In this document: piece by piece, positions 25,301 through 37,300 of the stretch
How positions within the stretch are numbered: position 1 is the stretch's first letter
Layout of the letters: each line of letters opens with the position of its first letter
Source of the DNA: Cetorhinus maximus
Lineage: Eukaryota
Length of the DNA stretch: 64,000 bases
Direction: 5' to 3'
Assembly (NCBI RefSeq): GCF_964194155.1
Contig: NC_135893.1
Location: 60,140,001-60,204,000 of the forward strand
Notes under the pieces: generated by a model
The model's input: only the letters and a program-made list of their open reading frames with translations
What the model was told of the DNA's origin: nothing
The model's database searches: none
Translations under genes and position numbers: made by a program

Positions 25301-28300
25301 ACTTGTCCAGCTTCACTTCCTAAGACTAAATCTAGAATTGTATCCACTCTCATTGGACTTGTTACATGCTGGCTGAAAAAGTTCTTTTGAATGCAGTTCA
25401 AGAATTTTTGTGCCCTCTGTGCCCTTCACACTGTTTGTATCTCAATTGGTATTAGGGTAGTTGAAGTCTCCAACTATCATTGCCCTGCTGATTTTGTACT
25501 CCGAAATCTGCCTACATATTTGTGCTTCTAACTTCCTTCTACTGTTTGGGGGTCTACAGTAGAGTCCTAGCAATGTGGCTGCCCCTTTTTTATTTTTCAA
25601 CTCAACCTATATGGCCTCATTTGATGCTTCATTTAGTATATCATTCCTTCTCACAGTGGTTTCCTTAACCAATAATGCTACACCCCCACCTTTTTTATCC
25701 CACCCACTATCCTGCCTGAAAACTCTACATCCAGAGATGTTGAGCTGCCATTTTTGACCCTCTTTAAGCCAAGTTTCCGTTATAGCTATGATATCATGCT
25801 GCCATGTATCTATTTGTGCCTACAGCTCACTGGCTTTATTTGCTATATTCCTTGCATTTGAATATACACCTTTTAACAATGCCAAATTCTTGTGCTGCAC
25901 ACTTTTTAACTGGTGCTTCTTTCTGTCTTTCAGAGTCACTCGCTAATTCTCCATCTCCCGTTCCCTGCTCTGAATTTGCCCATGGGTTCCCAGCCTCTGC
26001 CAATCTAGTTTAAATCCTCTCTAGACAGCACTAGCAAATCTCCCTGTGAAGATATTCACCCAGTCCTGTTCAAGTGTAGACCGTCCGGCTTGTAAAGGTC
26101 CCACCTTCCCCAGAACCTGTCCCAATGCCTCAGAAATCTGATGCCCTCCCTCTTACGCCAGCCACGTCTTCAATCGCTCAATTCTCCTATTTCGATACTC
26201 ACTTGCACATGGCACTGGGAATAATCCTGAGATTACTGCTTTAGAGATCCTGCTTTTCAATCTCCTTCCTACCTCCTTAAAAACTGCTTTCAGGACCTCA
26301 TCCCTTTTCTTACTTAAGTCATTGGTACCAACATGCACCACGGCCTCTGGCTGATCACCCTCCCCCAGATGAACGTCCTGCAGCCACTCCGTGACATCCT
26401 TGACCCTGGCACCAGGGAAGCAACATACCATCCTGGAGTCACGCCTACAGCCATAGAAGCGCCTGTCTGTTGTTACTCACAATAAGTGCTTACCTTGGAA
26501 GAAATGAGTCCAAAGCTCGTCTTTTATTTCAAGACAGCTCTGCATGTAGCAGGCTCTCCCAGTCCCTTCCACACCATGGTGTTGCAGATTTTTATTGATT
26601 TCAAATTCCACCATGGTAGGATTTGAACCCAGGTCCCCAGAGCATTATCTTGGGTCTTTGGTCCAGTGACAATACCACTACACCATCACCTCCCCACCAT
26701 GGTGTTGCAGCTGTACCCATTTATAGATGAGCCAATGCCCATCACCTTTTTTAACAATGCAATTGTCTTAACAATGTAATTGCCAGTCAACAAGATGATT
26801 GTTATTGGACAATGTAATTACTGACACACTGACATTTGTTCCCTTAACTAACAGATCCCTCGCGGCCGGGTGTCCCTGGATAGGGAGCACGTGGTGTCTG
26901 CCGGCACCGTCAAGGCCTTCCGTGCCCGGTGGGCACCGCAGGGTCTGGGGTGCTTTATCGACCCCCTTAAGCACATTTTGATTTGATGTTTGTAAGTTTT
27001 CTTTAAACTTTGTCTTTGGTTTTACAACTAACCTAACTTAGGGGCTGTGTTTACTTTATCCCTCATTTTGTTGATTTAGTTTATTAGGTTGGCTTTAAAA
27101 GAGCTAACTAACAGATCCCCTATCACTACTGGTCTTCCCCTCTTCTTCCTTCCCTTCTGTACAGCAGAACTGCCTGTGGTGCCATAAACCTGGCTCTGAC
27201 TGCACTCCTCTGAGGAACCAACACCCTTACCAGTACCCAAAACGGAAAACCAATTGGCGAGCGGGACCCATGCACTACCTGCCTAGTGGTCACCCATTGC
27301 CTTTCTGCCTTCAAGCTCCTAAGCTGCAGTGTGACTATCTCTCTGAACATACTATCCACGTAGCGGTCAGCCTCACAGATGCACCACATTGACTCCAGCC
27401 ATCACTTGGACTCCAAAACCCGGAGCTCAAGGTTCTGTGGCTTGTGACGCTTCTGGCACATGTGGTCGTCTAGGACAGCAGCAGCATCCAGGACTTCCCA
27501 CGTGTTACAGGTCATACATTCCACACAACTGAGCTGTCCTGCCATGATAAAAGCAAAAAACTGCACTTCCCTTATGTTAACTTTACTTTGTTTTGCTTAT
27601 TCTATTTTATTTTCCCTGGCCTTGACTTAACTTTACTTCCCTATTGCTTGTGTTTCTTACTGAAATCTAAGCAGCTTCTTCTTTTAAAAATAATGTGTTT
27701 TTCTAATTTTCAGCAATTGAAGACCCTCCCTAATTGCAGTTTCTCACCAACCGACGAAGTTATGTTTTTCCTGTGATGTCACTCTTGTTGTATGTTTTCA
27801 AAACTCAGCCCTCTCGTGCAGCTTTTCAATTCCTGGTCTCCAGCAGGCTGAGAAAGATAAAGGAAAAGAGAAAGCACCTCCCTCCCCTCCTCACCAAACT
27901 TCCAGTGATTCCAGTCTGTACCAATGCACTCCGTGACAGGGCACTTAACCTCTCTTATTTATATTACTGAGATTCAGATGAATCTGGCAGTTACAGAACC
28001 AGATTAGGCCAGGTTCTTAGTTTGCTGATCTCACCTGCTCTGCAGCAGAGGTCTTGATTTGCTTGATTAGCCCTGCCCAAGCCTCTAAGAAACTTAAAAA
28101 CAGTAAATTTAAGTCAAATGCTAAATTGCAAGCAAGCTGTACTAGATTTTATAAAAGATTAACCCTTAAAATTTAAAATTTCACTCCCTTCTCACCAAAC
28201 TTGCAGTAATTCCACTCTGTACCAGTGCACTCCTCTTTAAAGATGCTCCTTAAAACCTACCTCTTTGATCAAACTGTCCTAATATCCTTTTAATGTGACT

Positions 28301-31300
28301 CGATGTCAAACTTTGTCTGCTAATTGATCCTGTGAAGCAATTGGGACATTTTACTATTGTGAAGGTACTATATAAATGCACGTTGTTGTTGAAGTGAAGA
28401 AGGAACTATAACCCACATCACTCTCAATAAATATTTGAGCACAAGAGGCAGGAACACAAGTGTGTGGCTCATTTGCCGTGTGTACTTACCTAAATGTGCT
28501 TTAATGTGCAGACGTAGGTAGCTGGACCCTCGGAACACTCGACTGCAGTGAGGGCACTGGAAGCCATTGTAGCTGCTCTCGCTTTTTGAGTTTATCTATA
28601 TATATTAAAAAAGTGCAATACACATTTAAATGGAAGTGAAAGTGCCATAAAAAGTACTAAACCATCAGATCCTTCCGCACAGCCCAATCCTTGGGGAAGG
28701 TGCTAGGCGGAGGACATGGCTCCCTCTCGTCAATTCATGATTTGTGTGTCCTCCTAGGGGTGACACACAGCTTAGAAGGAACTTGGCAGGGGACTTCCCC
28801 AGCCCCAGGATCTACGATCAGATTAAAACACACAGACATGAGAAAGAAAGTCTTACTGATTCAGAGACATTCAAGGCAGGTGATCAGATGAAATATGGAT
28901 CCCCCACTGAGCTTCTTGCTCAAAACTCATGGTCAAGATCTGGAAGGAGACAGATTTCCCTGTGTGGCACAAGGCTGATATCAGGGATCAGAGAATATAA
29001 TTAGGAGTGACATGAGAAACTGGGACTAGTTCCACTGCAGTACACAAGGCTAAGAGGAAATTTAAATATTTTTTAAAGTCCTGAATGGCTTAGATGCAGC
29101 GAATAGAGAAAAACTATTTCTATTGGTAGGAAGTGAGTTATGAGATAATTTAAAATTATTAGGGAATGAGGAGGAGGAGGACTAGGCAAATTTCCTTATG
29201 CACAAGCTTGTTTGAAGTTTGACATGCTTTGCCAGAGAGATTAATTGAGTCAAACATCATTGTATCTTATCATAGCAAAGCAAATAAACATTTGAATCAG
29301 AGTATTATCACTCATTATTTATTCTCCAGATGTGGGTGTTGCTGACATGGCCAACATTTATTAGCCATCTCCAGCTGTCCCTGGAGAAGGTGGCAGTGAG
29401 CCTTCTTGAACCGCTGCAATCCATGTGGTGAAGATGCTCACACAGTGCTACTAAGTTGGAGGTTAGAGGATAGGGGTGAGGGGGGTGTGGGGTTCCAGGA
29501 TCTTGACACAGCAGAAGTCAGGATGACGTGTGACTTGGAGGTGGTGATGTTCCCAAGCACATGTTGCCCTTGTACTTTTGGTGGTGAAGGCTGTGGGTTT
29601 GAAAGGAGCTGCAGATGAAGCCTTGGTGAGATGCTGCAGTACACCTTAGACAATGTACACTGCAGCCAAGGTGTGAGATCTTCTCTTGTGCAATGAACTT
29701 TCATGAGAATGAAGAAAGTTGAGGGAGATGGAAATACCATTGAAATGTAAAAGATAAATAATTAAAAAGAAAAGTTAGGATTTATATCAAACCTTTCCAA
29801 TCCTTATGATACCCTAAAACATTTCATTCATTGCCCATTAATTAGACTTGAAGTGTCATCTCTGTTGTTAAGAAGGCAAAAACAGCAGTCAATTTGTGCA
29901 CAGCAAGATCCCACAAACACCCAACAAGATCATTCATCAATTAATCTCTGATTGATACTGTTGTTTGAAGGGTGGAAGTTAACACAGAGGGAATTGTTAT
30001 TTATATTAATTGTGCTTAACTGTATGCAAATGCTAGACATTAAATGGGGATTCGGGTGTGTCCTATAAATAGATACAGACTGAAACTATGGTTGTTGGGT
30101 TAGGTGGTGTATGTTTGTTATGTGTAACTATAAATAAATGCTTATAAAAGTGTGTACAGATTGGATTCAATTTTATCCTTCACCAAATGGCTTTCTGGAT
30201 TATAACATGGTATCAGAGGATGGTTGCCTAAAGGCGAAAGTTTGAAACTAAGAAGAGATTTTTTAGACAGAAAATACAGTGGCCATTCTGGAAAACAGGA
30301 GAAAGTAATTGCAAATTGTCGGGGTATGATTACCCTCCAATGTTATTGAAGTCTGAATCATATGAACAGTGGAAGAATGAAATGGTCATGTGAACACTGA
30401 TTAGGCCCTCTCAAAAGGAAACAAAGTATGACCTTGGCAATGTTGATTCCTACAAGAAATAAAATTAAAAGTGGTGTGAATGCCAATCAGTTGGAAAGCG
30501 ATAAAGATTTAGACCTTCTAGAGTTCTTGGATAAAATCTACAAGGAAGATGACCTGTTAAATGTCTGAGGTGTGGTCAGACTTTGATAAGATTTCAGAAA
30601 ACAGATGGTCATTCCATGGAAGAATCTAACTTTAACAGATTGCAAAGAAGAGTGATGAAATTCAGTTTGGGGATTTTTGGATTTTAAATTGCTGGATTGC
30701 AAGGAGAACAACAAAAAAAAACATGAGCACCCTCCAAGACACAGATATGCCAAGTATAGAGGCCATGATAATCTCACATGAGCTGAGATGGATGGGACAT
30801 GCTGTCAGAATGTCTGACTCAAGACTGCCCAAACAGGTGCTCTATTCAGAGCTACACCAGGGAGCCTGCTCACATGAGAGCCAAAAGAAATGTTTTGAAA
30901 ACAATCTCAAAGCCTCCATAAAGGTCTGATCTACTAATATCAACACATGGGAAGGAGATGCCCAATTGTGACCAAAATAACTATTCATTAATTAAAAATG
31001 GTGTTAAGGCTGTCCAATCAACAAGAGTAGCCATTAAAAGAAAATGGCAAGAGAGAGACAGAAAGGGGAGCTGCTTAAACTAAAAATCTGCCACCAGTTC
31101 TGCTGACCAATAACCAATGCCCGCACTGTGGAAAAGCCTCCAAAGCTCATAAGCCATCAGTGAAACCACAGTCAACACTAACAACTCACTTCCACCCAGT
31201 CTTCTGCAAGGAAGAATCATCCTCGACATGAGGGATTGCCGTGATGAATGAGAGTGATCATGACACAGGAAAAAGCTAAAACATCCAAAGGCCAATTGCC

Positions 31301-34300
31301 TAGAGTGGGTACTTGGGTGATAAATATTCCAGAGGGGTCTTGTGAATGTAAGGATGTGGCAATTGTAGGACATGCAGGAAAATGTACAGGTAAGTTTAAA
31401 TGTTGGTTGAATGAAGGATGATGGCCAAGAAGCGAGATCCATGGGCTAGCAGAATGGGATGAAAAAGTGGAGTATGAAAGTATATTGCAAGTACTGATAG
31501 AGTGTCCGGAAGTGACTTGTGTCAAAAAATAATCACATACTGGAGAAACATCCTCTGATAGCACAAGAGGGAGATATCACAAGAATAGACCTGACAAGAT
31601 AAAAGTGTAAGTAGATGCTGTGCTTGAATAGATTAGGCAATAAAATAAAGGCCGTAGAACATTTTCAGAACAGAACGAGAAGCAGAAATCCTTGTGGCTG
31701 TCAAGTTTTGGTGGCTGCCAATAAATTTGAGGATAAACTAATAAAATAGGCAAAACAAAGCAAATTAGATATTTGGTGGGAGTTCGAAGTATTATTCTGA
31801 GGTACTAGATAAAGGACAATCAGCTTTGTCACACAGATGGATTTGTACTGAAAATGTCCTTGCAAATGGGGCATAAGGTCAAAGGGAGTCTGATTACTAG
31901 GGGATTTGAAGAGTGACAGTGATACAGATGTTAGTGGACTCTCTCACAAATGGAAAAGTAATCTTGAAAGTCATTTTAGCTCTTTTAGCCATATATTCAT
32001 GAAAACGTAGATCAATCGACATAAGAGCCGAATTTCTGCAGGGTGATATTTTTCAGAGAGGAGTGTTTCTGAAATCATGTAAAGAAGAAGCAGATGCAAA
32101 AGGAAACAATGGAAACGAAAGAAATGTGTCTACGGTCTGAATGATTCTTCCAGCATGTGGTATTTTCAATTAGATCTGTTTTGCTGAAAATAGTTCTGTT
32201 CAACTAAAAACAGATTCCACAGATTGGAGGGTCCACATCTCATGTTATGCTTGAATCAACATTGGGTAAAATAGTGCACTAGAGATACCATATCATCTTC
32301 CTCCATCTCAATGCAATCGTCCTCTATGACATCCTCCTCAATGCCTCCCTCGACAGTCAATGGAGAATCTTCTGCGGATTTCTCAGAATCTCCAATCGTT
32401 ACAGTTTCTATGACAATCCCAGAATTCCTCATGGCCTGACAGATCAGGTTCTCATTGCCAGTCTCCCCCTCTGGAGGCAGCTCAGTGGAAGCAGGTGACT
32501 GTAGAATAAAGAAAAATATTGATCATCATCTCTTCAATAATTAAATAAGTACACATCCTTTGGGTAAAAGTATTCTTCTATAACACAGCTTTAGAATCAT
32601 GCCTCACATATACACAGATTTCCCTAAATGGGACTGATCAATACTTCCAAGATTAAAAGATGATAGTGGATGAGGAAGGCCGTTTGGCCCATCTTAGTCT
32701 GTTCAACCATCCAAATAGACCCCACATTCCATCATTAGAACATCTAATTGTTTCTTCAATAATTCCAGCACTTTCAGTTCCCCTGCTCTATCCGGAAGCC
32801 CGTTCCTGTTATCAGCTCTACCTATACTAATCTGAACCTTTGTCCTACCACACAATTTAATTTCAAGTAATATTCCACATTTACTTTGAATATCCTTTCG
32901 TCAAAACGAAACAGAATGTTGAACGAGATAGGCAGAATGGTAGAACATAAGATCAGAATAAGCCACAGTCAAACTGCACTTTGAACACTTTATCCATTTC
33001 TGGGTGATAAGACATGAGGAAGATATTTGAGCATTGGAGGTAGTATAGGGGTGAAGCATGAGACTGGTGGCCGGTGTCAGAGGCCTGAGGTATGAGAAAA
33101 GACAGGAACAACTCCCAGACTTTTCAGCCTTGAAAGGAGACATTTGAGGGGTGACACCCAATTTGACAGAGTCGGGGCAGCCAATAATTCTCAAGGTGTA
33201 TGCATATAAAGAATAAAGAGTTTGTTTAAAAAGAAAGGGACCATTTTGTACTTTTTGTTTTTTTAACTTACATAGCACCATTCATAACCTCAGGATACCC
33301 CAAAGTACTTTACGGCCAAGAAAATATTATTGATATGTAGCCACTATTGCGACAAAAGAAAAATGGCAGTTTACACACCTTAAACATTCACTCCCTCCAC
33401 CACTGGCGCACCATGTCTGCAGTGTGCACCATCTACAAGATCCACTGCAGCGACTCACCATATCTCCTTCGACAGCTTCCAAGTCCTCAACCTCTACCAT
33501 CTATAAAACAAGGTCAGCAAGCGCGTGGGAATGTCACCATCTCCAAGGATCTCTCCAAGTCACACATTATCCTGACTTGGAAATATATCGTTAGTCCTTC
33601 ATTATCTCTGGGTCAATATCCTAGAACTCCCTAACAGCATTGCACAAGTACCTTCACCACACAAACTGCGGTGCTTCAAAACAAGTGGCTCACCATCACC
33701 TACTCAAGGGCAATTAGGGATGGGCAATAAATGCTGACCTTGCCAGCAACACCCACATCCCATGAATGAATTGAAAAAAGCGAATTTATACACAAGCTTC
33801 CACAACAGCAATATGATAATAACCAGATTATATGTTTTCTTGATGTTTGTGATGAATAAGTATGAGCTGTGACATCTGTTAAGATCCAGTTAGGGACCAG
33901 TAACTTTTGTTTGAAAATAGACAAAATTAGCAATTCTAGTTACTGACTAAGAGAATAAAGCCACATGATTCCACAGTTTCAAGCAAACAGTAGAAATTTT
34001 GTTTCTAAACAAACAGTCAATACTAACTGTGTTATACTCTAACATATAGAATTAACAGGCAAACTGTGGTCCAACACACCACAAACTGCACATTAAATGG
34101 CGGACCCAACCAAGACAGGTCCCATGAGTTTCTCAACAACCTCCCATACATCAGTCATCACTAAGAGTCACAAAAATTCTTTAAAACTCTGTCTTCCTCG
34201 TGAGGAATTTCAGCTCCCCTCCTTCAAAGAGCTTGTCTGATTCCCAGCTGACAGTAGCTCTACTCCACCCAAGTTTCACAGGTACAATGCTCACCCAAAA

Positions 34301-37300
34301 GGCACGCCATTCCAGATCTCTCTCAAATCTGCTCTCTCACACTGAGCAAATGGTGTTCCTGGGCTTCCCTAAGCCCCAGCCCCTTCAGCAGCACAGAACA
34401 AATGGCAGCACTTCAGATGCATGGAGCTGACTCTCCTCACCGTCTGCTCCTGACGCCCGTCACATGAGCTTGTTTCTGTGCTGTAAAACCCCAGTCCCAA
34501 AATTCGGTTTTCGCACTGTCTCAAAGCGGGTTGTCCTTGTGCATGTGTCAGTGTCAGCCCTCATCTCCAAGGCAACAAGCCCCAGAAGCACCGACAACAG
34601 GAGACGCTCTCACTGTCGGCCCTCACTCCACTCTGCACATGCGCCAGAGCCCTGGTCATGAAGGGAGTTGTAGTCCTCAACCTCTGCCCTGAAAACCCAC
34701 AAACCCAACAATACAGATTCCCGTACACACCCCGGAGGAACTTCCTTGTCCTTTTTTGAAATAGTGCACTTCCTCAGTACTGCACTGGAGTGCCAGCTTA
34801 GAATTTTGTGTTCAAGGTTCTCGGGTAGAAATTGAACTCACAACCTTCAACTCAGAGGTGAGCGTTCCACCCAAGAAATAATGAAGCTGTTATTAAGTAT
34901 TTTGCTTCAGTTTTCAACGGATGAAGGTGAAAGGGGCTGGTAGAGCTACCTGATGAGGAACCGTAACTAATGTAAATATCCAAAAGAAAACAGCTTTCAA
35001 AAATTACTGGGAACAAAAACAAAAAAGTCAATCAGTGGAAGTCTTAAATACTGAAGGAGTTTGGCAGGGAGATAACAGAAGCACTAACCAAAATTTTCTA
35101 ACATTCTTTGGAAATGGGAATTGGCCCAAAGGATTGAAGAATGGCAAATGTTATAATCCCTGTTCAAGGGATTTTTAAAAATTCATTTATGGGATGTTGG
35201 TGTCGCTGGCTAGGCCAACATTTATTGCCCACCCCTAATTGCCTTTGAGAAGGTGGTGTGATCTGCCTTCTTGAACCGCTGCAGTCCATGTGGTGTAGGT
35301 ACACCTACAGTGCTGTTAGGGAGGGAGTTCCAAGATTTTGACCCAGCAACAGTGAAGGAATGGCGATTTATTTCCAAGTCAGGATGGTGAGTGGCTTGGA
35401 GGGGAACTTCCAGGGGTTCCCATGTGTCTGCTGCCCTTTTCCTTCTAGATGGTAGTGGTTGTGGAAGGTGCTGTCTAAGAAGTCTTGGTGAATTGCTGCA
35501 GTGCATCTTGTAGATGGTACACACTGCTGCTACTGTGTGTTGGTGGTGGAGGGAGTGAAAGTTTGTAGATGCGGTGCCAATCAAGCGGGCTGCTTTGTCC
35601 TGGATGGTGCCAAGCTTCTTGAGAGTTGCTGGAGCTGCACCCATCCAGGCAAGTAGAGAGTATTCCATCACACTCCTGACTTTTAGGGAATCAGGAGGTG
35701 AGTTACTCGCAGCAGGATTGCTAGCCTCTGATCTGCTCTTGTAGTCACAGTATTTATATGGCTAGTCCAGTTCAGTTTCTGGTCAAAGGTAACCCCCAAG
35801 ATGTTGATAGTGGGGGATTCAGCGATGGTCATCATGCCATTGCCTGTAGGTGAACGGAATTATAAAATTGTAAGGTTCCACTTAATAATGGAGATAAATC
35901 ATATCTTGTACAAATGATAAGTTTCTTTGTGTATTATCTCCTTCTTAATTTAACATGAAAGGGGATGACATTTTAAACAGAAGATATCAGAGCGTGTTGG
36001 TAAGGTTTACCTCTGGTTTTTGTTCAACCTCAGGATCCAGATCGTGGCTCACATTATGGACCTGCACCTCCTCGATATTTCCTTCAGAATTCGTCAGCAC
36101 ATTGATCATTGCTGTCGTTTCTGGGGAATTCGGTGTTGCCAGTTCTTCAATCTGTTTGTTTACTGGAAGTTAAAAAATAAGGATCGGGGAGCAGGAAGTG
36201 AGAAAACACTTGCTGAGTGTTACATCACTTGAACTCTCAGCTGCTTTTACCAAATACAAGGCTCACCATAGCATTTGGCTCAATACAATAAACACATAGC
36301 AACGGCTGGTGATGTAAAGCGGCTCTGGGCACCTGTGGCAGAGAACATAGGACCACCAATGATCTCTCTCTCTCCTCCAGACAACAAGAGTGAGTTTCTA
36401 ATACAATATTAATCAACTCCATATATATGCTGTCTAACCATTTTAATGGGCATCTTGGTAAATTTGCCAGTTATTTTTGTATTTTTAATCAACTTTTCCT
36501 TCAACTGCTTGACCACAGCTGAAGAGGGTGGCCATTTCGCACGTTCAACCAAGTGGTCTCAACAGCCTACCTCATTCTTTCCCTCCCTTTTTTGAGGACA
36601 TTTGAACCTCTGCTTAGCATTGCTCAGGCCGGAATATAAGAAGGAACATAGGAACAGCAGGAGGTCATTCAGCCATTTGAGCCTATTCTGCCATTCAATT
36701 CGATCACCCAACAACATCCACAACATTTTGGAAGAGAAAACTCAGGTTTCCACTACCCTTTGTGTGAAGAAGTCCATTCTGATAACATCAGAATCAGTTT
36801 TGCCCCCTTATTTTAGATTCCTAGTTTCTCTTTCTACCCTACAATTTCCTTTAATCATTTTAAACACCTCAATTTAGATCACCCCTTAATCTTCTCTACT
36901 CAAAGGGATACAAGTCTAGTCTATACACTCTGTCCTCAAATTTAATCCTTTCAGCCACAGTTACATTCTGGTAATTTACTCTGAACCTTCTCCAAGGCCT
37001 CTATACCTTTTCCCAGAACTGAACTACATTCTCCATTTGGGGTCTAATCAGAGCTCTGAATGACTATTTAAATAAAGAACTTCCCTTTGTACTCCACTCC
37101 CTTGAGATAAGAGCAAACCCTCCTATAGCCTTTGTAATTGGGAACTGACATGAGCCTGCTTCTATGATTACTCTAAGTCTCAATCTGCTACAATCCACAT
37201 TTAAAACCGCCTCAATCCAACATGTTAAGCATGACCAGAGTTTCTAATGGATCAACATGTTGCAGAACATGTGGTCAGTGTAGTACCTTCCTGAATCTCA

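Larger units (their letters stand above)
22981..28228 (-). mobile_element. Near full-length decayed CR1-type LINE (ORF1 esterase + ORF2 APE/RT)
   Basis: ORF1 remnant [13 protein letters not shown]…VVHVGTNDL; ORF2 remnants [42 protein letters not shown]. It splits an older L2-type tail (about 22840-22980 and 28229-28395). Confidence 0.88.
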
